Source: an uncultured Thermodesulfobacteriota bacterium (lineage in GTDB: Bacteria > Desulfobacterota > GWC2-55-46 > JADFVP01). Taken from it: DNA of 64,000 bases. The notes beneath the pieces were generated by a model. The model was given only the letters and a program-made list of their open reading frames with translations. It was not told the DNA's origin and did not search any database. Positions 1 to 8,708 of the stretch are shown here, one piece after another (the first letter of the stretch is position 1; each line of letters starts with the position of its first letter). Both the position numbers and the translations under genes were made by a program. The stretch lies in the NCBI GenBank assembly GCA_964567185.1, contig CAZMKZ010000004.1:342-64341 (forward strand), written 5' to 3'.

Positions 1-1
1 T

Positions 2-709
2 GTAGTGGATACGGCCCGTAAGGTAGCGGAGTTAAAGGGGCTGACCATTGAAGACGTGGCCCGTATCACCACACTTAACGCCGAGGAGGTCTTCGGCCTT
101 GGCGAGCATGAGCAGACGCGCATCGCCTACAAGATACGGAACTCGCTCTATCTGAACATTACCAACAGGTGCACGAACCGCTGCACCTTCTGCGCGAAAT
201 TCAAGTCTTATACCGTTAAAGGGCATTTTCTGAGACTCGCTGAAGAGCCTAACTTCAAAGAGGTTTTGGACGCCATAGGTGATGACCCTCAGCAGTACGA
301 TGAGATAGTCTTCTGCGGCTACGGCGAGCCCCTCATAAGGCTTGACCTTGTAAAGAAGGTGGGACTTTTTCTGAAGAGGAGGGGGTGCAAGATACGCGTT
401 GATACGGACGGCCTTGCCAACCTTGTGCACGGCAGAAACGTGCTCTCGGAGCTCATGTTCGTGGACTGCATCTCCGTAAGCATGAACGCCCCGGACTCCG
501 CAACTTACCAGAGGCTCATAAAGACGCCCTTCGGCGACGCGGCCTTTCCGGCCATACTCTTTTTTTTGAGAGAGGCAAAGAGGTACATAGCCAGGGTTGT
601 GGCCTCGGTAGTGGCCGTGCCGGGTCTTGACATAGAGGCCTGCAGACGGGTGGCCAGAGAAGACGTTGGTGTTGATTTCAGGGTGAGGAAATACGACGAA
701 GTGGGCTGA
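2..709 (+). CDS. TatD-type hydrolase C-terminal region fused to a radical SAM domain (5' end lies outside the window)
   Basis: Frame is open to the window edge. GLTIEDVARITTLNAEEVFGL resembles the C-terminal helix of TatD-type hydrolases. It is followed by NITNRCTNRCTFC (CxxxCxxC radical SAM motif) and FCGYGEPL. Stop at 707-709. Confidence 0.75.
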   Translation, partial: VVDTARKVAELKGLTIEDVARITTLNAEEVFGLGEHEQTRIAYKIRNSLYLNITNRCTNRCTFCAKFKSYTVKGHFLRLAEEPNFKEVLDAIGDDPQQYDEIVFCGYGEPLIRLDLVKKVGLFLKRRGCKIRVDTDGLANLVHGRNVLSELMFVDCISVSMNAPDSATYQRLIKTPFGDAAFPAILFFLREAKRYIARVVASVVAVPGLDIEACRRVAREDVGVDFRVRKYDEVG

Positions 710-726
710 GCCCTATTAAAGAAAGG

Positions 727-769
727 CCCCCCTCCCCCCGCTATCCTAAGGATAGGGGGGAGGGGGGGG
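727..769. terminator. G/C-rich stem-loop between convergent genes (terminator-like, no clean U tract)
   Basis: Inverted repeat CCCCCCTCCCCCCGCTATCC / GGATAGGGGGGAGGGGGGGG with a 3-nt loop and one bulge, 18 nt after the stop at 709. Confidence 0.4.
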
Positions 770-859
770 AAGTGGAAGACATAAGATTGGCGTTAGCTAC
801 GGAGGGGGGTGAGGAATGAATTGCCACCGCCTGAAGGCCGTGGTATCGTTCTTTTTTTT

Positions 860-906
860 CCGGCGTATTGCCGGTTTTACTGCTACCGGCTAAAGCCGGT
901 AGCAGT
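860..906. terminator. Two adjacent stem-loops abutting the hsp20 stop codon
   Basis: CCGGC-GTATT-GCCGG followed by ACTGCTACCGGC-TAAA-GCCGGTAGCAGT, flanked by T runs on the plus strand. Lies between convergent genes. Confidence 0.45.
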
Positions 907-1374
907 TTACTTTACCTCTACCTTTATTTTTTTGGCCTTCACCTCTTCGGCCTTTGGCAGGGTTACGGTGAGTATACCGTTCTTAAGCTTTGCCGTAATC
1001 AGTTCGGCGTTAACCTTGCAGGGTATATCCACGCTCCGCGAGTAGCTCGTGTAGCTCCGCTCGCTGTAGTAGAAGTCTTCCTTCTTTTCCTCTTTATCCC
1101 TCTCAATCTTGCCGGAGATGGTGAGCCTGTTCTCCTGCACCGAGATATCGATGTTGTCTTTTTCGACGCCCGGCAGTTCCGCCTTTACGATTACGGCATC
1201 GGGCCTCTCTATGATGTCGATGGCCGGCGGGGTGGTTTCCCTCTCCATGATGGCCTTTACGGGAAGCTCTTTCAGAAACCTCCTTGACGTTGGGAAGACC
1301 TGGTCCCAGAGCCTGTCCATATCCTTGCTCATCCTGTCTATCTCCTTGAAAGGATTCCATCTGTCTATTGCCAT
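907..1374 (-). CDS. Hsp20/alpha-crystallin family small heat-shock protein
   Basis: Alpha-crystallin core PPAIDIIERPDAVIVKAELPGVEKDNIDISVQENRLTISGK ... NGILTVTLPK. The track start at 1383 is GTG and sits inside the GGGAGGTGG Shine-Dalgarno run. The ATG at 1374 (MAIDRWNPF) is 8 nt downstream of GGAGG, so it is preferred. Confidence 0.9.
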   Translation of the reverse strand: MAIDRWNPFKEIDRMSKDMDRLWDQVFPTSRRFLKELPVKAIMERETTPPAIDIIERPDAVIVKAELPGVEKDNIDISVQENRLTISGKIERDKEEKKEDFYYSERSYTSYSRSVDIPCKVNAELITAKLKNGILTVTLPKAEEVKAKKIKVEVK

Positions 1375-1443
1375 GGTTGCCACCTCCCTTTTATCTTTTT
1401 TTTGTTTTGTCGGGTTTTCTTATCTTCATACCCTCTTACTTTA

Positions 1444-1472
1444 AAGATAGGAACACTCCGCGAAGTTGTCAA
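1444..1472 (-). promoter_or_regulatory. Candidate promoter of hsp20 (TTGACA-17-TATCTT; context CCTTGACAA...CCTATCTT also resembles sigma-32 type)
   Basis: Minus strand reads TTGACA (1472-1467), a 17-nt spacer, then TATCTT (1449-1444), about 70 nt upstream of the hsp20 ATG. Confidence 0.45.
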
Positions 1473-1549
1473 GGCCGGTATGAGGGGGTCTGCTTTTGCC
1501 CGGGTATTGGCAAGGACGCGCTCCATGAAAAAAAGGGGGGGGGATTGCC

Positions 1550-2578
1550 TTAAATTATTCCCGATGAGCGGAGGATGATTAAGACAAAGGTGAGGTAGAG
1601 GCCGCCGTTTACGAGCAGATGGGCGGGGCGAATTGCCCCGGCCCTCTTGCGCGAGAGAAAGTATATCCAGAGCGCGGCCGTTAGCGTGACTGCCCCGCTT
1701 GTCATCACCGTTACGTTGACGTGCCAGGGGGTGAGAAAGATGCCTATGGCCGGAAGCAGGCTCCCCTGAAAGACCATTGCCCCCGTAACATTGCCTACGG
1801 CAAGGGTGTCTTTGCCCCGTCTCGTCCATAATATGCTGTTGATTTTTTCCGGCAGTTCCGTTGCTATGGGCACTATGAGAAGAGAGAGGGCTATGACGGG
1901 GATGTGCAGGGGGCCGGCAAGATGCTCCACACCTGCCACAAAACCCTTTGCGCCGATGATGATGAGAAAGAGGGCGAAGAGCATCTGAAGCAATACGAAG
2001 AGGAGGTGTTCTTTGAATATAATGGAGATATATAGGGACTTTGGCTCCTCTGTGCCGTGCCCGTCCTCAACAAGGCTTGAGCTTGCCTTGATGGTCTCCA
2101 TGAGGTAATAGAAGTAGGACAAAATAAGGACAAAGGCCACGAAGAGCCTCACCCCCCTGTAAGCCTGAGGCGTAAAGGCCACGAGAAAGGAGAGCCCGAA
2201 GGAGAAGAGAAAGAACTCCATGTCACGGCGGAGCCCGGCCGGCTCCGGTCTTATCCTGGATCTCCTTCTTCTTTTTTTGTATCGCCAGGCCGATACCCCG
2301 ATAAGGAACATGGCAAGGGTAGATAGCATGAAGGGGGCACCGAGTATTGCGCCCACGCCTACCTCTTCGCTGATGGCCTGCTCATGTCCCGTTAGTATGG
2401 CCACAAGGGGAACCATGGTCTCCGGCAGGGCCGTGCCCACGGCCGCGAAGACGGAGCCCGTAACCCCCTCGGAGAATTTGAGCCTCGCCCCGAGGGTCTC
2501 AATGGCGTTGGTAAAGAGCTCGCTGGCCCCTACTATTACCACGAGGGAAATTATCAGTACCAACAGTTCTTCCGTCAT
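1550..2578 (-). CDS. Sodium/calcium exchanger (CaCA, YrbG-like) family membrane protein
   Basis: 342 aa and polytopic. Two alpha-repeat-like motifs: GSVFAAVGTALPETMV and LIVPIATELPEKINSILW. ATG start lies 9 nt after the upstream stop. Confidence 0.8.
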   Translation of the reverse strand: MTEELLVLIISLVVIVGASELFTNAIETLGARLKFSEGVTGSVFAAVGTALPETMVPLVAILTGHEQAISEEVGVGAILGAPFMLSTLAMFLIGVSAWRYKKRRRRSRIRPEPAGLRRDMEFFLFSFGLSFLVAFTPQAYRGVRLFVAFVLILSYFYYLMETIKASSSLVEDGHGTEEPKSLYISIIFKEHLLFVLLQMLFALFLIIIGAKGFVAGVEHLAGPLHIPVIALSLLIVPIATELPEKINSILWTRRGKDTLAVGNVTGAMVFQGSLLPAIGIFLTPWHVNVTVMTSGAVTLTAALWIYFLSRKRAGAIRPAHLLVNGGLYLTFVLIILRSSGII

Positions 2579-2587
2579 TACCGCTTC

Positions 2588-3640
2588 CTAACCGTCCCCG
2601 GGGACGGCCCCTTGATTCAGGCGCGCAGGTCTTATGAGCTCCGCCTTATCGCGGCCAAATATCAAGAGCAGTATCATGCCGGCAAGCAGGATGACAGAGC
2701 CGAAGATGACGAGCCATATGCCGGGGTCTTTGTTTATGTTGAGCACGACGTAGGGGCGGAGCTTAAACCCGGCAAATTCGATTCGTTCGTGCTTTATGAC
2801 AACAGACGACCCCCTGCCTTCAATCTTCAAAAAAGCGCTCTCCCCGTCCATGGTAAGCCTTACATAGGGGTTGGCAAACCTCTCGGAGCGGCTGAAGGGG
2901 CGGCCCCCCTCATCAAGGGCAAAGTCGGGATAAAGCCCGGTTATCCTTAACCCGTCCCCTTTTTCGGCTGATGGTTCACCGTCAAAGGACAGCCCTTGCA
3001 TAGCGCCTTTTCTTCTTACCCTTATGCCAGAGGGCGCTTTGCCGTCGTCGTTATAGTAAAAGGCTATGCCCCTGTATATGAGGGGATGGTTGACGGATAT
3101 GTCTCCTGTAAGGACCTTTACGTTATTTTTGAAGAGGGTTACGGTGGTCTTCATGAAGTCTCTGTATCCGAGGCTGTCATTTGTTGCCGTAAAGTCGTCG
3201 AGCCTTACGCTGAGGCCCTTTACCGCGGCAACGGGCGTGAGTTCATCCTTAAAGAGGACGTTGCCGGCGGTCTTGAAGCCGGTGAGGCTTCCCACAAGGT
3301 GACCCGTGAGTGCGATGAGAAAGCCGATATGCACTATCTGCGGTATGAGCCTTTGCCAGGGCGCGTGATTTTTGACGATGGCCGTGATTTTTTCAAGGGT
3401 GCAGACAAAGGTGTTAATGGCGAAGATGGCTATAAGAAAGATAAGCAGGAATATCCAGTAGACCTCAAATCTGCCCGAGAGCTTGGCAAGGCCGTAGATG
3501 AGCACCTTGTGGTCGAGGTAACTCATGATGCCGGGATTGCCTATGGTGATTATGGAGCCCACAGCCGAGACAACGCAGATGAGGATGATAAGGACAACGG
3601 TGAGGACTATGGACGAGAAAAATCCCCGGAGTTTTTTCAT
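2588..3640 (-). CDS. ResB/Ccs1-like cytochrome c biogenesis family membrane protein (short form)
   Basis: N-terminus FFSSIVLTVVLIILICVVSAVGSII ... VYWIFLLIFLIAIFAINTFVCTLEK follows the ResB N-terminal pattern. There is a large soluble middle region and a C-terminal TM helix. Confidence 0.6.
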   Translation of the reverse strand: MKKLRGFFSSIVLTVVLIILICVVSAVGSIITIGNPGIMSYLDHKVLIYGLAKLSGRFEVYWIFLLIFLIAIFAINTFVCTLEKITAIVKNHAPWQRLIPQIVHIGFLIALTGHLVGSLTGFKTAGNVLFKDELTPVAAVKGLSVRLDDFTATNDSLGYRDFMKTTVTLFKNNVKVLTGDISVNHPLIYRGIAFYYNDDGKAPSGIRVRRKGAMQGLSFDGEPSAEKGDGLRITGLYPDFALDEGGRPFSRSERFANPYVRLTMDGESAFLKIEGRGSSVVIKHERIEFAGFKLRPYVVLNINKDPGIWLVIFGSVILLAGMILLLIFGRDKAELIRPARLNQGAVPGDG

Positions 3641-3726
3641 TATTATATTATTTACGAAGAGCTCCCCTGTTCATTCCCGTTAAGCCCTCCCGCCGTGAGT
3701 GCGCGAGGGGGCGTTATAAGGTCACT

Positions 3727-4557
3727 CTATCTCTTTACGGGGTTGGCCTTGAACCAGTTGATGATGTTTTGGGCGAGCCTTGCGTTGTCTCCGATATTGA
3801 TGAAAGAGTTGGCGAATGGCGCGTCATCGGCAACTACTATGACCCTGCCTGCGCCGAATTTTTTAACGGCCACTATGCCGAAGGATTGCGTGGGTTCGTC
3901 TTTTTCTTTTGTCCTGTTCCTGTTAAGGTCGGCCCATGCCTTGTCCGAGGTGCGGGCCACTACACGGGCGTTTCTCTCGGTCATAAGCCCCCATGTGCCG
4001 AAGACGGCTATTTTTTTAAGGCCCTCTGTCACCTTTGAAGGGGCGAGGTCTTTTACGAAAAAATCCTGAGATTTACCCTCAATGGTGTTCTCCTTTTCCG
4101 ATACGACAAAGTTGGATACGATGATGCCGAAGGACTCGGTGAGCCGCGCCACGGGGCTTGAGATATGAAGGAGGACAAGGAGAGAGCCGCCGTCATGGAC
4201 AAAACCCTGCAGGGTCATAATCTCCGGTGTGATAAAGGGACTTGCTGGCCCTGCTATGACGTAGGCGTCAAGGTCTTTCAGTACCTCCGGCGTGACGAGC
4301 CTCATATTGACGCTGGTCTTGGCGCCTGCCTTTTTAAAGCCTTTATAGAAAGTGGAGTAGTGGAGCTTTCCCTCGTTTTCAGGGGAGAATATTTCGTTGT
4401 GCGCCATGTCAAAGGCCACGTTGAAGTGCGCGGTTTTTTTAGCGGCCTTGCCTTTAGCCTTGGGTGCGGAAAAAGACGGGAGCGGCGCCATCAGGCCCAT
4501 GGCCAGTATTGCTATGGAAAAAAACAGAGTGAACTTCACTGAAAATCGGGTTTTCAT
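3727..4557 (-). CDS. Secreted DUF4350/GldG-like (class I glutamine-amidotransferase-like fold) protein
   Basis: Signal peptide MKTRFSVKFTLFFSIAILAMGLMAPLPSFSA. Motif LDAYVIAGPASPFITPEIMTLQGFVHDGGSLLVLLH is typical of DUF4350-type proteins. ATG at 4557 preferred (GAGGTG 5 nt upstream); the track start at 4563 is GTG. Confidence 0.6.
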   Translation of the reverse strand: MKTRFSVKFTLFFSIAILAMGLMAPLPSFSAPKAKGKAAKKTAHFNVAFDMAHNEIFSPENEGKLHYSTFYKGFKKAGAKTSVNMRLVTPEVLKDLDAYVIAGPASPFITPEIMTLQGFVHDGGSLLVLLHISSPVARLTESFGIIVSNFVVSEKENTIEGKSQDFFVKDLAPSKVTEGLKKIAVFGTWGLMTERNARVVARTSDKAWADLNRNRTKEKDEPTQSFGIVAVKKFGAGRVIVVADDAPFANSFINIGDNARLAQNIINWFKANPVKR

Positions 4558-5079
4558 AGACACCTCGTTTAAATTTTTTAGTATCTCAGGATAAATGCTC
4601 TTACAGGGGGTGTCAAGGGATAAAAGAGGGGGGAGGGTATCATCTTCAAAATTGAGATGACCTGATCAGTTTAATTTTAGCATCCATTTTTTTTACTTTG
4701 TTAGCCGTGTAGTTCTGGCACGGACCACCATCTCAATTGCTTTTTTGCCGGGCAGTGCCCGCCCTGCGGGTTCTGTGTTTAATATTTGCTTGATTAGAGT
4801 GTAATATTTTAAGAAATACCACAAAACCCATTGAAAAAACAAGATTAATTATTACCATATTTTTGTCAATATTTTAAAATTGCCGTGCCGCTATTTTACA
4901 TTTTCCGCCTTTCCGAATGGATATTCACTCTCCTTATCCCACCTCTGCCATAAAAAAACCGTACCCCTCAAACCTGACTCTTCAAGGCTTTTACGTTCCC
5001 TTACACCTTGAAATCCTATATATTGAGAATATATTAAGGATAAGGAATATCTCAAGGGTTTTCCGGGGGGTCTCTGCTC

Positions 5080-5760
5080 ATGATACGGTTTCGAAACTGG
5101 CGCAAGGTCTACATATCCACATGGCTCTCATGGGTGATGAAGTCACTCATGGTGGGCATGATTCCCTATGAGCTTTACAGGGGGGGCTACCTTTTTTCCA
5201 TACTCATTTTAATAGCCGTCGTTGCCTCCCTTGTGCCAAGCGTGGTGGAGAGAAACTACAATATATCCCTGCCCTTTGAAATTGACCTCCTTGTGACGCT
5301 CTCGCTCTTTCTGCATACCTTTCTTGGTGAGGGCCTTGAGTTCTACAACAAATACTGGATATGGGACAAGCTCCTCCACATATACGGGAGCGCCGTTATA
5401 GCCATTATCGCCTTTGTCGTGGTCTACAGCCTCCATTACACGCGAAAGCTCCGCCTGACGCTGCCCATGATAATGCTCATAACCTTCTCATTTGCCATGG
5501 CCATGGGCGCGCTCTGGGAAATAGGCGAGTTTCTTGTGGACGTGACCTTCGGAAAACACGCGCAAAAGGGCCTTACGGACACCATGTTCGACCTCATAAA
5601 CGACCTCTTCGGCGGGGTTATCGTGGCCGTGCTCGGGGCCATTTATGTAAGATACAGCAGGCCCGAGACAAGGCGTAGACTTGCAAAACCACTTGGCGAG
5701 GTCTTCGGCCTTGGCGAGAAGGTAGACCGTGTAAAGGAGCGCCTTCACGGCAGGTTATGA
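5080..5760 (+). CDS. Integral membrane protein of unknown function
   Basis: 226 aa with about six hydrophobic helices and a conserved-looking GALWEIGEFLVD segment. No family assigned with confidence. Confidence 0.55.
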   Translation: MIRFRNWRKVYISTWLSWVMKSLMVGMIPYELYRGGYLFSILILIAVVASLVPSVVERNYNISLPFEIDLLVTLSLFLHTFLGEGLEFYNKYWIWDKLLHIYGSAVIAIIAFVVVYSLHYTRKLRLTLPMIMLITFSFAMAMGALWEIGEFLVDVTFGKHAQKGLTDTMFDLINDLFGGVIVAVLGAIYVRYSRPETRRRLAKPLGEVFGLGEKVDRVKERLHGRL

Positions 5761-5889
5761 TTGTCCGGTTTGTAGACGGGCTGGTTCGGGGTGGTATTTT
5801 TTCGGGGGTGGGGAGTTTTGGAGGCATGGGTTGGCGGCGTACTGCCGCGTGGCACGGCCTCCGTGCGTCTGGGGTGCAACTGCGGGGTA

Positions 5890-8454
5890 CTAAAAGAATT
5901 TGAGCTTTCTCTTGTAATGAAGGCTGTTTCTGTCCCTGGGGTCCACCTCAAGGGCCTTTTTGAAGTATGCCACGGCGCGGTTGAAGTTGGCGGCGGCAAA
6001 GTAGGCCCTGCCTATGAGGTTGAGCCTTTTGGCAAAGAACTTCTTCGTGAGTTTCTCGTTGAGGGCCCTTGTGTCGAGACCGGCATTCAGGCGCAGGTAC
6101 GGAAATACGGGCTCTCTGTAACGTATGAGCTCGGCGATATTGGGGGAAATAGTGTTTGTATGAAGGCTCTTTGGTCCCGTAAACTCCACGACGGGCATAT
6201 TGTCTGTCATAAGCGGCCCGCTTCCCGCGTACTCACTTACCTTCTGTTCGTTCATAACAAATGTAGTTAAAAACTCCGCCGGGTCCTCAAGGTCTATATC
6301 CGAGAGGAGCCTTTTAATATTCGGCATATCGAGTTTTTTCACCAGCCCCTCATAGTCCACGGTGAGCTCTTCCTGGGAGCCCAGCATGAATATATCGGTG
6401 TTTGCCAGCCAGATGGATGTATGGGGAAATACGGCGTTAAAGGTCCTCACCATGAGCCGCACGTCCTCTACGGAGAGGTTATAAAGGGGTATCCACTGCG
6501 ACATTATGCCGCCCTTTTTAAGATGGGCTTTGGCGAGTTCGTAGTACTCCTTTGTGTAGAGGTTAACCACTCCGGCAAGGGCCGGGTGCATGGGTTCCTC
6601 GGTAATGACATCGTATTTTTTTTTCGTAACCGCAAGAAAGCTCCTGCCGTCGTCGATGTTTATCCTTGAGACGGGGTTATGGAGCACGTCCATGTTCTCG
6701 CTCTTGAAGTAAGGGGCGCCCTGTATGACGGCGCGGGCAATTTCCACGTTGTCCACCTTATTTACGGGAAACTGGCTAAGAGTGCCGAAGGTGGTGCCAG
6801 AGCCAAAGCATATGACAAGCACGTCCTTTGGCGCGGGGTGTATTGCCATGGGCAGTACGCCCTGAAAGCGGTTTATCTGCAGGCCCTCGTAATAGGCCGC
6901 CGTGGCGCGGTTGCCGTTCACCCAGAGCCGTTTGTTCGATGCCTCCAGCCCCGCCCCTGTGCGCTGGGCTATCATTACAGTGGCCGTGGCCCCTTCTTTA
7001 TAATAGAGTATCTCCTCGCCGCGGCGAAGAAGCGATTTGTGGAGGCTCAGCGGCATGTTTTGCGGAAGGGCCATAAGAAGCACGCTCATGGCCGCGATGC
7101 CCACGACAGGTATGGCGTACCTTGAAGACCTGCCTCCCGATGGGTTCAAAAGCGCGACAATGAGGCCGATAAGTATGTTGATGCCGCCCGTGAGGATAAT
7201 GGCCTTCTGCATGCCCACGAAGGGGATGAAGATAAAGCCGCCTATGAAAGAGCCTAATATCCCCCCCACCGTGTTAAGGGAATAGATATTGCCGATTTTT
7301 TTGCCAACGCTCTCTGCCCCCCAGTCATAGACCTTGCAGATAAGGGGAAAGGTGGCCCCGAAGAGAAAGGTGGGGATGATGAGTGTTATGAAGGATGTGA
7401 AGAAGTTGAGGTATACGAACTCGCCCCAGCTTGGCGTGGAATCGAGGCGTGCGTAAAAGCCCATGCCGGGCAGTTTGTCGTAGAGGATTATGAGGGCTAT
7501 GGAGGAGAGCCCTATGAGGACCTCCACCGCGGCGAAGATGGAGATTACGGCGCTCCTCGACTTTACCCTGTCAAGAAAGGACGATAAGACAAAACTGCCG
7601 AGGGCGATGCCCGTCAAAAAGACGCCCAGGACCACGGCAAAGGCATAGACCGTGCCCGTGAGGATAAAGCCGAGGACCCTCGTCCAGATAACCTCGTAGC
7701 AGAGCCCCGTAAAGCCGGAGAGGGCAAAACCCCAGAGCACAATGGCGTTGAAGTATGAGGGGAGCGGCGCATGGGAGTCTTCGCCTTGGCTGGTTTTCAT
7801 GGCAGGGGCCGTTTGAGGGGCCTCTTTTGCCTTCTTCTTTTCCGTGGAGTTTCTTCCGGCTATGATGGCGGAGATACCGATGATGAAGTTAAGCGCGCCC
7901 GCGCCGTAGAGTATGGCGGACAGGCCGAAAGATGGTATGAAGATAAAGGCCGTAAGCAGGGCGCCTGTGACCGCGCCGAGGGTATTGAAGGCGTAGAGCC
8001 CGCCGATATCCCAGGCGAATGAGCGGGTGCCGCGCGCCAGCGTCTTACTCAGTATGGGGAGAGTGGCACCCATGAGCGTTGTGGGTATGATGAGGAGAAT
8101 GGCCGAGAGGATAAACTTTATCAGGGTGAGCCCGGCAAACCCCGATGCAAAGGTCTGTGCAAGAAAGACGTATGCGCTGTTGTTGAGGCCGAGAAATAAG
8201 CCGAAGAATACGGCGTAAAACCCCACGAGTATCTCCGCTGTGCCGTACCATAAAAAGCCCCTTCCGCGCCGCTCTATCCACCTGCCGCCAAGAAAGCTCC
8301 CAAGGGCGAGGCCGCCGAAAAAACAGGTCAGCACCGTGCTTACGGCAAGAAAGGTCACGCCGAAGACAAGGGTGAGGAGCTTTGTCCATACCATCTGGTA
8401 TATAAGTGCGGCGATACCCGATGCGAAGAACAACAGATATACAAAGGCTCTCAA
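5890..8454 (-). CDS. Fused polytopic (MFS-like) membrane domain / spermidine-synthase-like domain protein with C-terminal TPR
   Basis: N-terminus LLFFASGIAALIYQMVWTKLL plus more than 12 helices. Class I SAM-fold region VLVICFGSGTTFG ... YDVITEEPMHP ... LKKGGIMSQW. C-terminal AYFKKALEVDP is TPR-like. TTG start with GGGAG upstream. Confidence 0.8.
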   Translation of the reverse strand: MRAFVYLLFFASGIAALIYQMVWTKLLTLVFGVTFLAVSTVLTCFFGGLALGSFLGGRWIERRGRGFLWYGTAEILVGFYAVFFGLFLGLNNSAYVFLAQTFASGFAGLTLIKFILSAILLIIPTTLMGATLPILSKTLARGTRSFAWDIGGLYAFNTLGAVTGALLTAFIFIPSFGLSAILYGAGALNFIIGISAIIAGRNSTEKKKAKEAPQTAPAMKTSQGEDSHAPLPSYFNAIVLWGFALSGFTGLCYEVIWTRVLGFILTGTVYAFAVVLGVFLTGIALGSFVLSSFLDRVKSRSAVISIFAAVEVLIGLSSIALIILYDKLPGMGFYARLDSTPSWGEFVYLNFFTSFITLIIPTFLFGATFPLICKVYDWGAESVGKKIGNIYSLNTVGGILGSFIGGFIFIPFVGMQKAIILTGGINILIGLIVALLNPSGGRSSRYAIPVVGIAAMSVLLMALPQNMPLSLHKSLLRRGEEILYYKEGATATVMIAQRTGAGLEASNKRLWVNGNRATAAYYEGLQINRFQGVLPMAIHPAPKDVLVICFGSGTTFGTLSQFPVNKVDNVEIARAVIQGAPYFKSENMDVLHNPVSRINIDDGRSFLAVTKKKYDVITEEPMHPALAGVVNLYTKEYYELAKAHLKKGGIMSQWIPLYNLSVEDVRLMVRTFNAVFPHTSIWLANTDIFMLGSQEELTVDYEGLVKKLDMPNIKRLLSDIDLEDPAEFLTTFVMNEQKVSEYAGSGPLMTDNMPVVEFTGPKSLHTNTISPNIAELIRYREPVFPYLRLNAGLDTRALNEKLTKKFFAKRLNLIGRAYFAAANFNRAVAYFKKALEVDPRDRNSLHYKRKLKFF

Positions 8455-8639
8455 GAATCTGCTCCCATATAATATTCAAGCCCCGGGCCAGGCAGTCTGC
8501 CGTTGCACGGGGCGGTTTTAAAAATCAAAAAAAGCGCCTTATATATTTAAGCATAAAAAGGCATGTCATTACAACTCTGTCTTGCGTGTCAGGAGAAAAT
8601 GAGAGGGATAGGGAGGCTCCGGACATACATGCCCCTTGC

Positions 8640-8668
8640 TTTACAGGGGCCTTTGGCCCCGCTATACT
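8640..8668 (+). promoter_or_regulatory. Candidate sigma-70 promoter TTTACA-17-TATACT
   Basis: TTTACA at 8640-8645 and TATACT at 8663-8668, 40 nt upstream of the ATG at 8709. Confidence 0.45.
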
Positions 8669-8708
8669 CAGAATATGGAAGTTTGCCTATGGCGAGGAGG
8701 GGGCTATC

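Noticed and set aside
2996-4069. 357-aa plus-strand ORF spanning the ResB-like and DUF4350 genes
   Set aside because: It is entirely antisense to two ORFs that have recognisable family motifs. Its translation has no motif and has the biased composition typical of mirror-frame ORFs in GC-rich DNA.
4716-4740. TGGCAC ... TTGC, looked at as a sigma-54 promoter
   Set aside because: The GG and GC elements are about 22 nt apart instead of the ~10 nt required for a -24/-12 promoter.
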